Source: Pseudomonadota bacterium
GTDB taxonomy: Bacteria; Desulfobacterota; Binatia; UBA9968
Assembly: GCA_021324155.1 (NCBI GenBank)
Contig: JAJPJQ010000037.1
Coordinates: 36,427 to 100,426 of the forward strand
Length of the DNA stretch: 64,000 nt
Direction of reading: 5' to 3'
A program made the position numbers and the translations under genes. Under the pieces are notes generated by a model that searched no databases, was not told where the DNA came from, and saw only the letters and a list, made by a program, of their open reading frames with translations. How positions within the stretch are numbered: the first letter of the stretch is position 1; every line of letters begins with the position of its first letter. Positions 45,512 through 55,473 of this stretch are shown one piece after another.

Positions 45512-46803
45512 CTCTACCGCGATTTAAGCCTGAGCGGCCGTCTGGCTATTTTCCAACAGTCGTCTTTTTCCTGCTGCTCGCTATCCCGGCAGCTGCGCTC
45601 GGGCAGCCGGACGACCGGCTGCGTTCTCTCGCCGCGGACGAAAGCGCGACGCTGCTGGACACTCTGAAGGAGCTGGTCTCAATCGAGTCGGGCAGCCGCG
45701 ACCTCGAGGGTCTGGACCGGCTGGGCGCGCTCGTGGCCGCGCGGCTCGGCGCGCTCGGCGGAAGCCCCGAGGTCGTCGAGCCGCACGAAGTATACCGGAT
45801 GGAAGATACGCCGGAGAAAATCGGCAAGCTCGTGCGCGCAACCTTCGCCGGAGACGGTGCGAAAAAGATTCTCCTGCTGGCGCACATGGACACAGTGTAC
45901 TCGCGCGGCATGGGCGCCGAGCAGCCGTTCCGCGTCGACGGCGGACGCGCCTACGGCCTCGGCATCGCAGACGACAAGCAGGGCATCGCCGTGATCATAC
46001 ACGCGCTCACGCTTTTGAAGCGTATGAATTTCCGCGGTTACGGCGCGCTTACCGTGGTCGTCAACGGCGACGAGGAGATCAGCTCGCCGGCCTCGCGCGC
46101 GCTGATCACGCGGTTAGCCGCCGAGCACGACGCTGTCTTTTCCTTCGAATGCAGCTACGCCGACTCGGACAAAGTAGCGCTCGCGACCAGCGGCATAGGC
46201 TCGATCACGCTCACCGTCGAGGGGCGCGCCTCACATTCCGGTATGACGCCGGAAGCCGGCGTCAACGCGCTCTACGAGTTGGCGCACCAGGTGCTGCAGA
46301 CGCGCGACCTCTCCGATGCCGCGACCGGCCTCAAGCTCAACTGGACGCTGGCGAGCGCCGGCACGGCGCGCAACATGATTCCTCCGACCGCGCACGCGAC
46401 CGCCGACGTGCGCGTGCTCCGCGTCGCTGACTACGACGCGATCGAGCGCCGCGTGCTCGAGCGTATACAGAATCGGCTCCTGCCCGAAACGAAGGTCGAG
46501 ATGAAGTTCGAGCGGCGCCGGCCGCCGCTCGAAGCCAACCCCGCATCGCGAGCGCTCGCCGCACATGCTGCGCGCGTTTACCGCGAGCTCGGGCGCGAGT
46601 TGATCGTCGACGACATCCCCGAAGGCGGCGGCACCGACGCCGCTTTCGCTGCGCTCGAAACCAAGGCGCCGGTCCTCGAACGTATGGGGCTGCAAGGCTA
46701 CGGATCGCATTCGGCGAATGCGGAGTACGTCCTGCTCGATTCGATCGCGCCGCGCCTCTATCTAATCGCCCGCCTGATCATGGAACTCTCCCAAGAACGC
46801 TGA
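45508..46803 (+). CDS. M20 family metallopeptidase (carboxypeptidase G2-like), secreted
   Basis: Signal peptide. Metal-binding motifs HMDTV, GIADDKQG, GDEEISS, and C-terminal GGGTDA..H.A.E. Confidence 0.75.
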   Translation: MTLPRFKPERPSGYFPTVVFFLLLAIPAAALGQPDDRLRSLAADESATLLDTLKELVSIESGSRDLEGLDRLGALVAARLGALGGSPEVVEPHEVYRMEDTPEKIGKLVRATFAGDGAKKILLLAHMDTVYSRGMGAEQPFRVDGGRAYGLGIADDKQGIAVIIHALTLLKRMNFRGYGALTVVVNGDEEISSPASRALITRLAAEHDAVFSFECSYADSDKVALATSGIGSITLTVEGRASHSGMTPEAGVNALYELAHQVLQTRDLSDAATGLKLNWTLASAGTARNMIPPTAHATADVRVLRVADYDAIERRVLERIQNRLLPETKVEMKFERRRPPLEANPASRALAAHAARVYRELGRELIVDDIPEGGGTDAAFAALETKAPVLERMGLQGYGSHSANAEYVLLDSIAPRLYLIARLIMELSQER

Positions 46804-46921
46804 CGGCGCGACTGCGCACGCGCTGCTCAGTTTTTATTTCCGCCGTTGTCGATTTCGCCATCCGCCGAACGATTATATATTGTAGGCGGCACATCCGATT
46901 GATTCACGAGGAGGGAAACTC

Positions 46922-47281
46922 ATGCGTTACGTCGATGGATATGTGGTCCCGGTCCCAAAGAAAAACCTTGAGGCATACCGGCGCATGGCGCAGAAGGCGG
47001 GCAAAGTCTGGCGCGAGCACGGCGCGCTCGAATACATCGAATGCGCGGCTGACGACGTCAAGCCCGGCAAGCGCACGTCGTTCCCGCAGAGCGTCAAGCT
47101 CAAGCCTGGCGAGACTGTCGTCTTCGCCTACGTCGTGTACAAGTCGCGCGCGCACCGCGATCGCGTAAACGCAAAAGTGATGAAGGACCCGCGCCTCGCC
47201 TCGATGATGAACATCAAGGCGCTCCCCTTCGACGCCAAGCGCATGTTCTGGGGCGGCTTCAAGACGATCGTGGAATTGTAG
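46922..47281 (+). CDS. DUF1428 family protein
   Basis: 119 aa; MRYVDGYVVPVPKKNLEAYRRMA... is typical of DUF1428. Confidence 0.7.
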   Translation: MRYVDGYVVPVPKKNLEAYRRMAQKAGKVWREHGALEYIECAADDVKPGKRTSFPQSVKLKPGETVVFAYVVYKSRAHRDRVNAKVMKDPRLASMMNIKALPFDAKRMFWGGFKTIVEL

Positions 47282-47294
47282 AGAACTTCGCAGG

Positions 47295-49109
47295 TTACTG
47301 CTGCGCTTGCCGCGCGCGTGCGGCGGCGAGCGCGCGCTCGATCTCCGGAGTGCCAGGCCTTAGCTCCAGCCCACGGGCGAAATATTCCGCGGCGTGCTGC
47401 GCGTCACCGGTCTTCAACATCAGCATGCCGAGGTTGTAGTACGCCAGCGCATGTCCCGGATTGAGCTGGATTGCCGCCGTAAAATGCTCGCGCGGAGCTT
47501 CGACCTCACCGTTCGCTGCGAGGAGAAACCCGAGATTATTATGCGCGTCGGCGTTTCTCGGATCGAGCTTTAGAGTCTCGCGGTACTCGGCGATCGCCTG
47601 TTCTTTTTGACCTCTTTTCAAAAGCTGCGTCGCGAGGGAGAAGTGTGCGGCGGCCGAGCCGGGAAAGAGACGCACGGCGCGGCGATAATTTTCGATCGCT
47701 CCCGATGCATCGCCGCGCTTTTCCAGAATACGTCCAATGCTGAGATACGCGGAAGCGTAAGAGGGATTGAGCTGCTTCGACGCTTCGAATGCCCGCAGCG
47801 CGTCGTCGGTCTTGCCGGCCGCCAGCAGCGCCGATCCGAGATAATGATGGGCGAGATGCGAGCGCGGCTCGAAGGAAGCCGCCCGCTGCCATAGAGCGAC
47901 GGGATCGTTCCATAGCTCAGCCTGTCTCCAGGTAAGCGCGGCGAAAAGCACGACGATCACCGCCGCAGCCGAGATCGCCGCTACCGCCGCGCGCCGATAG
48001 AGATAAATCACCGCCCCTCCCGCGAGCAACGCAGCGGCCGGAGCCGCAAGGTAATCGTAGCGGTCGGCCGCGAGCTGAGGCCCGTTTTGCAGCAGGCCGG
48101 AGGTCGGCAAAAGCAGCGCTCCGTGCCACAGCCATGCGGCGAGCGCCCACGGCGCGCGGCGGCGGCAGATGACGAGCACGACCGTGAGCGCTACCGCCGC
48201 GACAACACTCCAGAGAAAGCGCGGATCGGAAAATCCGACAACGGGCGGCAACGGATAAAGCGGCGCGAGACCGAAAGGCGCGACCGTCTTCGAAAGATAG
48301 AAAATCAGCCCGTACGCGGTGAGCGCGAGCCGCTGCACGATCGTGTATTCCGACAGGCCGAAAAGCAGTCCGCCGTAATATTTGCCGTACAACGCGAGCA
48401 CGCCGGCCGCGAAGGAGAGCGCGAAGAACGGCAGCTTTTCAACCCACGCGCGCCGGCTGGCGAGACGCCGGAGCGGATACCAGTCGAGGACGACGAGCCC
48501 GAGCGGCAGCGCGAGCACGGCGCCTTTGCCGAGCAGCGCCAGCCCATAAGAGAAGCAGGCCGAAGCGATCAGGCGGACGTAACGTCCTCGATTGTTTTCC
48601 CGCGCCGCGCTCACGTATGCAAGTAAAGTCAGCATGGCGAAAAATCCCGCGACGACTTCGCCGCGCGCCGATGCCCACGCAACCGGCTCCACCCGCACCG
48701 GATGAGCGGCAAAGAAAAGCGCGGCGACGAACGCCGCCGCGCGCACCGTCGCGTCCTCGGTGCCGCAAGCGGCTGCCAGCAGGCGCACCGCGACGAAATA
48801 GAAGACAGCCGCGGCCGCCGCGTGAAACGCCAGGCTGGTTAGATGGTAACCAACCGGATGCATTCCCCAGAACACATAGTCCGCTCCGAGCGTCATCCAG
48901 GTGAGCGGCAGGTACATGCTGTCGAGAAAGGTCGTAAACATCCATCGCAGCTCCGCCGGGCCGAGACCGCGGTAGTACGGATTATTGAGAATATTTTCGG
49001 GATCGTCCCACAGGCTGAAGCCGCTCCTGAGGGCGGGAAAAAACGCGATGAAAGTAATCCCTGCGACGAGCAGCGCAAGGAAACCGGAACGAACTTTGTG
49101 GATCATCAC
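47295..49109 (-). CDS. TMTC-like membrane protein: N-terminal GT-C/PMT_2-like multi-TM domain + C-terminal TPR repeats (putative protein O-mannosyltransferase-like)
   Basis: LWDD motif after TM1 (FSLWDDPENI); about 10 TM helices; 4-5 C-terminal TPR repeats (AHHYLGSALL, AYLSIGRIL, AHFSLATQL, AHNNLGFLL, AYYNLGMLM). Confidence 0.6.
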   Translation of the reverse strand: MMIHKVRSGFLALLVAGITFIAFFPALRSGFSLWDDPENILNNPYYRGLGPAELRWMFTTFLDSMYLPLTWMTLGADYVFWGMHPVGYHLTSLAFHAAAAAVFYFVAVRLLAAACGTEDATVRAAAFVAALFFAAHPVRVEPVAWASARGEVVAGFFAMLTLLAYVSAARENNRGRYVRLIASACFSYGLALLGKGAVLALPLGLVVLDWYPLRRLASRRAWVEKLPFFALSFAAGVLALYGKYYGGLLFGLSEYTIVQRLALTAYGLIFYLSKTVAPFGLAPLYPLPPVVGFSDPRFLWSVVAAVALTVVLVICRRRAPWALAAWLWHGALLLPTSGLLQNGPQLAADRYDYLAAPAAALLAGGAVIYLYRRAAVAAISAAAVIVVLFAALTWRQAELWNDPVALWQRAASFEPRSHLAHHYLGSALLAAGKTDDALRAFEASKQLNPSYASAYLSIGRILEKRGDASGAIENYRRAVRLFPGSAAAHFSLATQLLKRGQKEQAIAEYRETLKLDPRNADAHNNLGFLLAANGEVEAPREHFTAAIQLNPGHALAYYNLGMLMLKTGDAQHAAEYFARGLELRPGTPEIERALAAARARQAQQ

Positions 49110-49329
49110 CGAGGTGAGACGCGGGCTTTAGCCGGCGCGGGTCGCCGGCCATCGACCGGAACGGTATTTGAGGCGGTCCTCGAAGCTACGCCCATGAAGA
49201 CGAAAGACAATACAGATCGACGTCTATGCCGTCAAGATGTGATCCACCCTGCGTCGGCGGGATTGTGGTAACGAGGAGATGTTGGAAAATTTATTTGACG
49301 CCGCGCCTTAAGCGTTCGCAGCGCGCGCA

Positions 49330-50575
49330 TCAGCTCTGAACGACTTCGACGCCGGCGGCGCCGACCTTCAGCCACCCGGCGGCGGTCAGGAGTAGTTTCT
49401 TGAACTCCTCCTGCTTAGCGTTCGGCAGATCCAGCACGCGTAATAGATCAATCGTGCGCAGAATCACGATATGGTCCTGGCCCGCCTTGGCGCACTCGCG
49501 GCTCTCGACACGCTGGTCCTTTTTCGCGAGACTCTCTGCGGCCGTGAACGTGTTGACGATTAAAACCGACGGATAATCGTCGGGCAGCTCCGACTCCTCG
49601 CGGCGCAGTCGAAGCTTGGTCAAATGCTCGCGCTTGACGTTTTCCGCCGTGCTCTTGATCTCGCCGATGGCGACGCGCTTTCCGCCCTGCGCGAGATAAA
49701 AATGCGGCCCGTCGCCGTTGCGCGAGGCGTCGATGTTGAGCTCGAGGTATTTTTCGAACCACGCGGGCAGGCGGTGTAAAGTCGCCGAATTTTTTCTTAA
49801 TTTTCAGGAGCTGTGCGTTGAGCGCCTCCAGCTCCTTGACGATCGGCTGCTCCTCGGCGAAATGAAACTCCTCGACGTATGCCGGAATGTCGGTGGTTTT
49901 GGCTCTGACGTAATTCAAGCAGCCGTCCGCCAGGTCGGCGAAAAAGTCCAGCTCGAGCGCCTGGGGCTGCGCCGGGACGACGATCAGCATGCCGCGGCCT
50001 TGCTTTCGCGCCACCGCCGCCGCGCGCCCGTCTTTTCTCAGACGGGCGACGACGTCGATCTCGCCGGCGCCGTTCTGCGGCAGGTTGAATCCGACCGAAG
50101 TGAAGCCGTGATTTTTTAGGAAATGGTCGAAGTACGGATTGACCTTGGTGAACTCGTTGCTCAGCTCCGTGGGATTGAAGCCGATCGAAAAGTCCTCCGC
50201 CAGCACCTTGTAGCCGAGGGATTTCTGCGCCGCGCTGCCGACCACCTGCGTGTCGCGCACCGCGCCGTTCTCGATGAAGCAGAAGCTGACGCCCTGCTCC
50301 AATGCCATACGCACGTTCGAGAGCATCTGCAGATTGCTCGCTTCATAGGTTGCCGAGCCCGCCGTCTGGGCCAGCATCGGATTCGCGGTGGCGATCACCA
50401 AATCAGGCAGCTGCGCCAGGCCCTTGAGCTGCAGATCGGCCTCCAGGGGCAGCACCGAAAACCGCTTGCCCTTATGCTCGCGGTCGAGCGCGTCGGCCTT
50501 TACCCCGAATCTTTCGACGCCATACAGGCAGACTTGCGGCTGCATACGGCCGCAACGGAGCAAGTATTGTGCCAC
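49330..50575 (-). pseudogene. Hypothetical about 400-aa protein split by a frameshift in an A6/T6 homopolymer (49790-49795)
   Basis: Upstream frame reads ...EALNAQLLKIKKK, then becomes an Arg-rich out-of-frame tail. The adjacent frame continues plausibly (...NSATLHRLPAWFEKYLELNIDASRNGDGPHFYLAQGGKRVAIGEIKSTAENVKREH...). Deleting one A fuses the frames. Confidence 0.5.
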
Positions 50576-50712
50576 GCATGCGCTAATTCAGCATCCTAAG
50601 GATATTCCGAGAACTTTACTGCAGTCACTCAACCTGGCCTGTGCACTTTTATGTTGCGACCCTCGGACTTTGTCGAATTTTGTAATTAAAGTCGCCGGCC
50701 TAGGCGCGGCGC

Positions 50713-51591
50713 CTACGCTCGGCGTAGCGGCCGAATTCCCATCTCCTCCGGGTCCGGCAGGCTTCGGGCCTCGGGCTGCACGCCGCAATAGCCCTCAAAC
50801 GTCATCACCTCCGGGTCGCGCATCTCGTCGGCATACTTCTGGTAAAATGAGCCCGGGTTTTTCTCGAGCTGGTAGACGCGGACGCCCCGGTCCTTCTTCA
50901 TCGCCTTCACGTGAAAGAACGCGAAGCCGGCGAACGACTTGATCAGCGCGCCCGTGCGCAGGATCTCGAAGCGCGGGCTGTGCTTGAAATTGTGCGCGCG
51001 GCCGGCCGGCCAAAAGCCGGCGTCCCATCGGCTTCCAGCGCGCGGATGCGACTTGAGGACGAAAACGCGGCCGTCCCGGTCGACAAGATTCACGCCGGTA
51101 AACCACCAGAAGCCGCCGAACCACGGCGACGTCCAGCGATGTAGCGGCGATGTCCGCGCGCGCCGGAGACGCTCGATCAGCGCGCCGAACGGCCGCGGCG
51201 CGGCGATCATGTCGCCGTCCCACTTCGCGCACACGCGTCGCGTCGCCTTGCTGAGCGCGAAATTATAATAGTGCACCAGGCTATTCGGGTGATCGCCGGG
51301 CAGCCGCCGGTGCATGTCGCTCCCCTGCGGAAAAACCTCCGGCACGTAATGGTATGCCTTCACGCGCTTAGGCTCCGCCGCGGCGAAGCGGGCGACGATC
51401 TCCGGCGTGGCGTCCGTGCAGCCGTTGTAGACGACCACGATCTCGTCGAAAAACGGCGCGATGGATTCGAGCGCGCGCTCGGCGAAATCCTCCTCGTTCC
51501 TCAGCCGCACGATCGCCGACAGCCCCGGCTTCTTCCCCGTGCGGTCGAAGTCCTCTGGCTTAAACGTCGGCTTCTCGACGACCTCCACCAT
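50713..51591 (-). CDS. Glycosyltransferase family 2-like (GT-A fold) protein
   Basis: LSAIVRLRNEEDF...IVVVYNGCTDAT resembles the N-terminal GT2 nucleotide-sugar-binding region. A DxD-like motif is visible (WDGDM). Confidence 0.45.
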   Translation of the reverse strand: MVEVVEKPTFKPEDFDRTGKKPGLSAIVRLRNEEDFAERALESIAPFFDEIVVVYNGCTDATPEIVARFAAAEPKRVKAYHYVPEVFPQGSDMHRRLPGDHPNSLVHYYNFALSKATRRVCAKWDGDMIAAPRPFGALIERLRRARTSPLHRWTSPWFGGFWWFTGVNLVDRDGRVFVLKSHPRAGSRWDAGFWPAGRAHNFKHSPRFEILRTGALIKSFAGFAFFHVKAMKKDRGVRVYQLEKNPGSFYQKYADEMRDPEVMTFEGYCGVQPEARSLPDPEEMGIRPLRRA

Positions 51592-51710
51592 GCGGGCATC
51601 ATTAGCCGGACTTCACGGTCAAAGTCCAACGCGGCGCGCGGCATTTCTCGATTGACAAAACCGGCCCGGCCGCGGTAAACGCTCGCGCAGAGAGCGCGAC
51701 CGTTTTTTCC

Positions 51711-52883
51711 TTGCATTCAATGAAGCTCACCGCGGGAGCGCGCCGCTGGCAGTACTGGGCCGGCGTCGCCGTTTTCATCGTCATCGGAATGCTTTTTTCC
51801 GATTGGGCGGCGCGGCAGGATTTCTGGCCTGCGGCCCGCTATTTCACCTATCAGTTTTTAACCGGGCTGAGCTGGCGCAAAGCGATTCCGCAAAACACCG
51901 TGGTCGTCCTCGTCGACGACGACGAATACTGGCGCGGCGAGCCCGCGCGCCGCGTGCCGATCAAGCGGACGTATCTCGCGAAGCTCGTCCGCGCGATCGA
52001 TGCCGCCGACCCGGCGGTCATCGCGGTCGACTTCGACCTCTCCTCGCCGCTGCCGGACGGCAGCATCGTCGAGCATCCCGACTACGCCGAGGAAACGCGA
52101 ACGCTGCTGCATACGATTCGCGAGCTCGCGGCGCGGCGCAAGATCGTGCTCGCGCAGACGATCAAGTTCGACGCCAATCGCGAATACGTCCTCGCCTCGG
52201 ACATCTACGGCGGCTTCGACTTCGGCGCCGCCGCGCCCAACGTCCGCAAAGGCTACATCGCGCTGCCGTACGAGGTGAGCCGGGTGCCGCTCGCGCTGCC
52301 GCTCGCCGGCGGCGGCAGCGTCGATTCCTTCGCGCTCGCGATCGTGAAGGCCTACAACGCCGATGCGCTCCAGCGCCTGCCGCACGGCTCTTCGCATTTC
52401 CCGCTCGGCGGCTTCATCGAGGCGAACAAATTTCACACGGTCGCCGCGGGCGCCGTGCTGAAAGGCGATCCCGCCGCGCTCGCGCTGCTCGCGCACCGCG
52501 CGGTGATCCTCGGCGCGGGCTGGCACCGTCTCGCGTACGGCGCCGGCGCGCCGGTCGATCTGCATTTCAGTCCCGTCGGCGAGGTCGCGGGCGCGCTGCT
52601 GCATGCGAATTTTGTCGAAGCGATCGTCGACGGCCGCATCTTCTCGCCCGCGGGCGAGAAGTCCTTGAAGGCGCTGGAGTTCTTCCTCGCGCTCGGCGGG
52701 GCGTTCCTCTTCGCGCTGCGCATGCGCGCGCGGCGCAAATGGGGCATCGTCGCCGGCGCGACTGCGATATTATTCGTCGGCAGCTATATCGCGCTGCAGA
52801 ACCTCGGCGTGTTTTTCGAGAGCTTTCTCCCGATCGTCTTCGTCTGGCTGCACGCATTCGCGCACCGAATCGTATTCGAATGA
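51711..52883 (+). CDS. CHASE2 sensor-domain membrane protein without output domain
   Basis: N-terminal TM, about 300-aa periplasmic CHASE2-like region (VVLVDDDEYW..., AVDFDLSSP), three C-terminal TM helices, then the protein ends. Confidence 0.65.
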   Translation: MHSMKLTAGARRWQYWAGVAVFIVIGMLFSDWAARQDFWPAARYFTYQFLTGLSWRKAIPQNTVVVLVDDDEYWRGEPARRVPIKRTYLAKLVRAIDAADPAVIAVDFDLSSPLPDGSIVEHPDYAEETRTLLHTIRELAARRKIVLAQTIKFDANREYVLASDIYGGFDFGAAAPNVRKGYIALPYEVSRVPLALPLAGGGSVDSFALAIVKAYNADALQRLPHGSSHFPLGGFIEANKFHTVAAGAVLKGDPAALALLAHRAVILGAGWHRLAYGAGAPVDLHFSPVGEVAGALLHANFVEAIVDGRIFSPAGEKSLKALEFFLALGGAFLFALRMRARRKWGIVAGATAILFVGSYIALQNLGVFFESFLPIVFVWLHAFAHRIVFE

Positions 52884-52907
52884 ACGGAAGTTTTTCGGAG
52901 GTGGAAA

Positions 52908-53330
52908 ATGAAGCGAGTCTTCTACGCGCTCGGCCTGCTCGCCTGCTGTTTCCATAGCGCTCTCAACGCCGGCGAAGTCGATCCCGAAAAGCGCGGCGGC
53001 ACGGCGAATCAAGAGCAGCGCAGCGGCAGCGCCGCCGGCAGCGCGGCCAGCGGCGGCGCAGTCGGCGCGCCGCCTCAAAGCGACGGCCGCGGCGGCGTTC
53101 ATCTCCCGGAGATGCAGCGCGCCCGCGAAAAAGCGGTCAAGCAATTCATCGGGACGGTGGTCAAGAAGTCGGGCGGCGAAATAAAAATCAAGACCGGCGA
53201 TGCGGAAAAAACCGTCATCACCGACTTCAAGACCAAGGGCATCGACAACGCCAAGAACGGGGCTAAAGTCGCCGTCCGCTACTACGAAGACGACGGCAAG
53301 CTCCGCGCGGCGGAAATCGCGCCGCGCTGA
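52908..53330 (+). CDS. Secreted hypothetical protein
   Basis: Signal peptide (VFYALGLLACCFHSALNA), low-complexity Gly/Ser linker, and a small C-terminal beta-rich region. Confidence 0.4.
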   Translation: MKRVFYALGLLACCFHSALNAGEVDPEKRGGTANQEQRSGSAAGSAASGGAVGAPPQSDGRGGVHLPEMQRAREKAVKQFIGTVVKKSGGEIKIKTGDAEKTVITDFKTKGIDNAKNGAKVAVRYYEDDGKLRAAEIAPR

Positions 53331-53663
53331 CCCGCAGCGAGCTCCCAAGGCTGAGTCCACACTGCCGAAGGCCGGTGTAGGGCTCTTCCGCGATGCCGAC
53401 GGGGCGAGAAAACGATATATCCGCCGCCGCCAGGATGAACCTGAATCGCATTCGCATCAACCAAAATCTCCGCCGATCTGTCGCAGAATGTCGCGGTGTG
53501 ACGCACAATTTTAGCCCTTGTGCTTCTCCCCTTTGCCCGGAGGAGAATAGATAGGGCTCTCATACTTCGACGTTTCGAGAATTCTCGAAACCTGGAAACT
53601 TCGCTCCAGGGAATTGATTTTTTCGCGCGGCGTCCCGCGCCGCGCCGTGCGGGACGCCGAACC

Positions 53664-54347
53664 CTAAATCACGACGGCCGGACGGATATGCAGTCCGATC
53701 TCCGGATCGACGCCGTACAAAGTGATGGGACCGTTCATGCCGGGGAGCCGATGCCGGTCCAGTCGCGTGAATCGTTTGGCGAATTCGCTCCTGTGCCTTT
53801 TCGCCAGGCCGGATATCGCCTCGCGATAAACCAGCTGGGTACAGATAATCGGATAGGTATGATCTTTGGTCGCCTCCTGAACGCGATGCGCCAGGTTGAT
53901 CGCGTGTCCGAGCAAACCGATTCCCGACGATTTGTTCCCGGGTTCGTAAACCGGCCGATAATCGAACTTGCTGACCGGTCCGAGATGGATGCCTATCCCG
54001 TAGCCCAGCGGAGCGAGGGATTGTGTGTCGAGGTGCTGCCGCGCGGCCTTATTGTAGCGGCGAAAGATCTGCCGCGCGCCGACCGCCACGCGCGAGGCGA
54101 CCAGCAAGCCTTGCAGGCACTTCTCTTTGCCGTAAAAAACCGCGACGAAACCGTCGCCGGTATGAATCACGTACGTCTTGTTCTTAAAGGCATATCCGCG
54201 GTCGCTGGACTTGATTTCTCTATCGAGACAGTCGAAGACCGCGCCGACGACGTCGAATATCTTTTTGCTTTCATTCCGGTTCCCGCCCGCGAGCTGTGAG
54301 ACGTGGGCGCTGAAATTTCTAATGTCGAAGCTAACGATGGCGCTCAT
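53664..54347 (-). CDS. Stand-alone class III adenylate/guanylate cyclase catalytic domain protein
   Basis: MSAIVSFDIRNFSAHV...GDGFVAVF...GIHLGPV: metal-binding Asp, the transition-state region, and the typical N-terminal start of CYC catalytic domains. No sensor domain or TM. Confidence 0.7.
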   Translation of the reverse strand: MSAIVSFDIRNFSAHVSQLAGGNRNESKKIFDVVGAVFDCLDREIKSSDRGYAFKNKTYVIHTGDGFVAVFYGKEKCLQGLLVASRVAVGARQIFRRYNKAARQHLDTQSLAPLGYGIGIHLGPVSKFDYRPVYEPGNKSSGIGLLGHAINLAHRVQEATKDHTYPIICTQLVYREAISGLAKRHRSEFAKRFTRLDRHRLPGMNGPITLYGVDPEIGLHIRPAVVI

Positions 54348-54548
54348 TCAATCCCCGTCCGGCAGGCTGGAAGACGTGCGGCCATTCTCGCGCAGAGCGA
54401 AATGCATAGTCGCGGCACGCTATAACGGTATTCGGGATCTAGTCAAACGGTAAGAATAGAAAGTCCGATCCGAAGCATCGCCTCGCCCGACGTCCACCCT
54501 TCCACCATCCGTCAAAACCTCTATACCGAAAGCAGGGAGGACCACCCT

Positions 54549-55253
54549 ATGACATTCGCCCGGCGCATCGTCGTCGCAGCGTTCTTCGTCCTCGTCGTCG
54601 CCGCCGGCGCGGAGGCCCAGGTCGGCGTCCATATCGGCATCAATCTGCCCGCATACCCGCGGCTCACCGTGATCCCCGGCTATCCCGTCTACTACGCGCC
54701 GGACGTGCGCGGGAACTATTTTTTCTACGACGGGCTCTATTGGGTCTTCAACGTGGACGACGGCTATTGGTATTCGAGCTCGTGGTACAACGGCCCGTGG
54801 GTCGTCGTCGAGCCGGACGACGTGCCGCAGCCGCTCCTCGTCGTCCCCTACCGCTACTATCGCGTGCGCCCGCGCTACTGGAGCGGCTGGGCGCTCGACC
54901 GCCCGCCGCGCTGGGGCGACTACTGGGGGCCGCGATGGTACGAGCGCCACCGCGACTGGGACCGCTGGGACCGCAGGGCCAAGCATCCCGCCGCGCCGCT
55001 GCCGAGCTATCAAAGGCGCTACTCGGGCAACCGCTACCCGGCGCCGTCCGAGCACGCCACGATTCACAACGGTCAATATAAATATCGGCCTCGCGACGAC
55101 CGCGTCCGCGAGTCGCAGTCGAAGATCGTCGAGCGCGAGTCCCGCGGCGGCGAGAAAGCGAGCGGCCGCGCCGAGTTCATCGAGAAAAAAGGCGGGGGCG
55201 GACCGCCGCAGAAACGCGGGCGCGAGGAAAGACCGGGCAAAGGGCGCGATTAG
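54549..55253 (+). CDS. Secreted Trp/Tyr/Pro/Arg-rich hypothetical protein
   Basis: Signal peptide (AAFFVLVVAAGAEAQ); W/Y-rich region (YFFYDGLYWVF, YWYSSSWYNGPWVVV); charged low-complexity C-terminus. Confidence 0.45.
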   Translation: MTFARRIVVAAFFVLVVAAGAEAQVGVHIGINLPAYPRLTVIPGYPVYYAPDVRGNYFFYDGLYWVFNVDDGYWYSSSWYNGPWVVVEPDDVPQPLLVVPYRYYRVRPRYWSGWALDRPPRWGDYWGPRWYERHRDWDRWDRRAKHPAAPLPSYQRRYSGNRYPAPSEHATIHNGQYKYRPRDDRVRESQSKIVERESRGGEKASGRAEFIEKKGGGGPPQKRGREERPGKGRD

Positions 55254-55282
55254 AGATTAAGGAAGCGCGAACACAGTCGACC

Positions 55283-55318
55283 GGGGCCGGAAAGAGAAAT
55301 CTTTCCGGCCCTTTTATT
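55283..55318 (+). terminator. Rho-independent terminator (GC-rich 9-10 bp stem, then TTTTATTTT)
   Basis: ggggccggaaagagaaatctttccggccc followed by ttttatttt, immediately downstream of the 54549-55253 CDS. Confidence 0.6.
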
Positions 55319-55473
55319 TTGCGCGAGCTTCGCCCGCCTGCAAAACCGGCCTGCGACATTCACAGCGGGGCGGGGGCGGGGAGTTAAAAGATTGGAGAGA
55401 TTAGAAAGTCTGACCCGAGGGCTTACCCTTTTCGTTCCTGGACGGCCGGGAAATACAGCGGTAGCATAGCGTC

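Noticed and set aside
49330-49800. Reading the 375-aa ORF 49448-50575 as a single intact protein
   Set aside because: The C-terminal ~110 residues (RAQHRRLAQRRRAAF...) are a typical out-of-frame Arg-rich tail. The neighbouring frame carries the plausible continuation, so I called it a frameshifted gene instead.
55367-55381. G-rich stretch cggggcgggggcgggg as a G-quadruplex
   Set aside because: It has only three G-runs. A fourth run, needed for an intramolecular G4, is absent.
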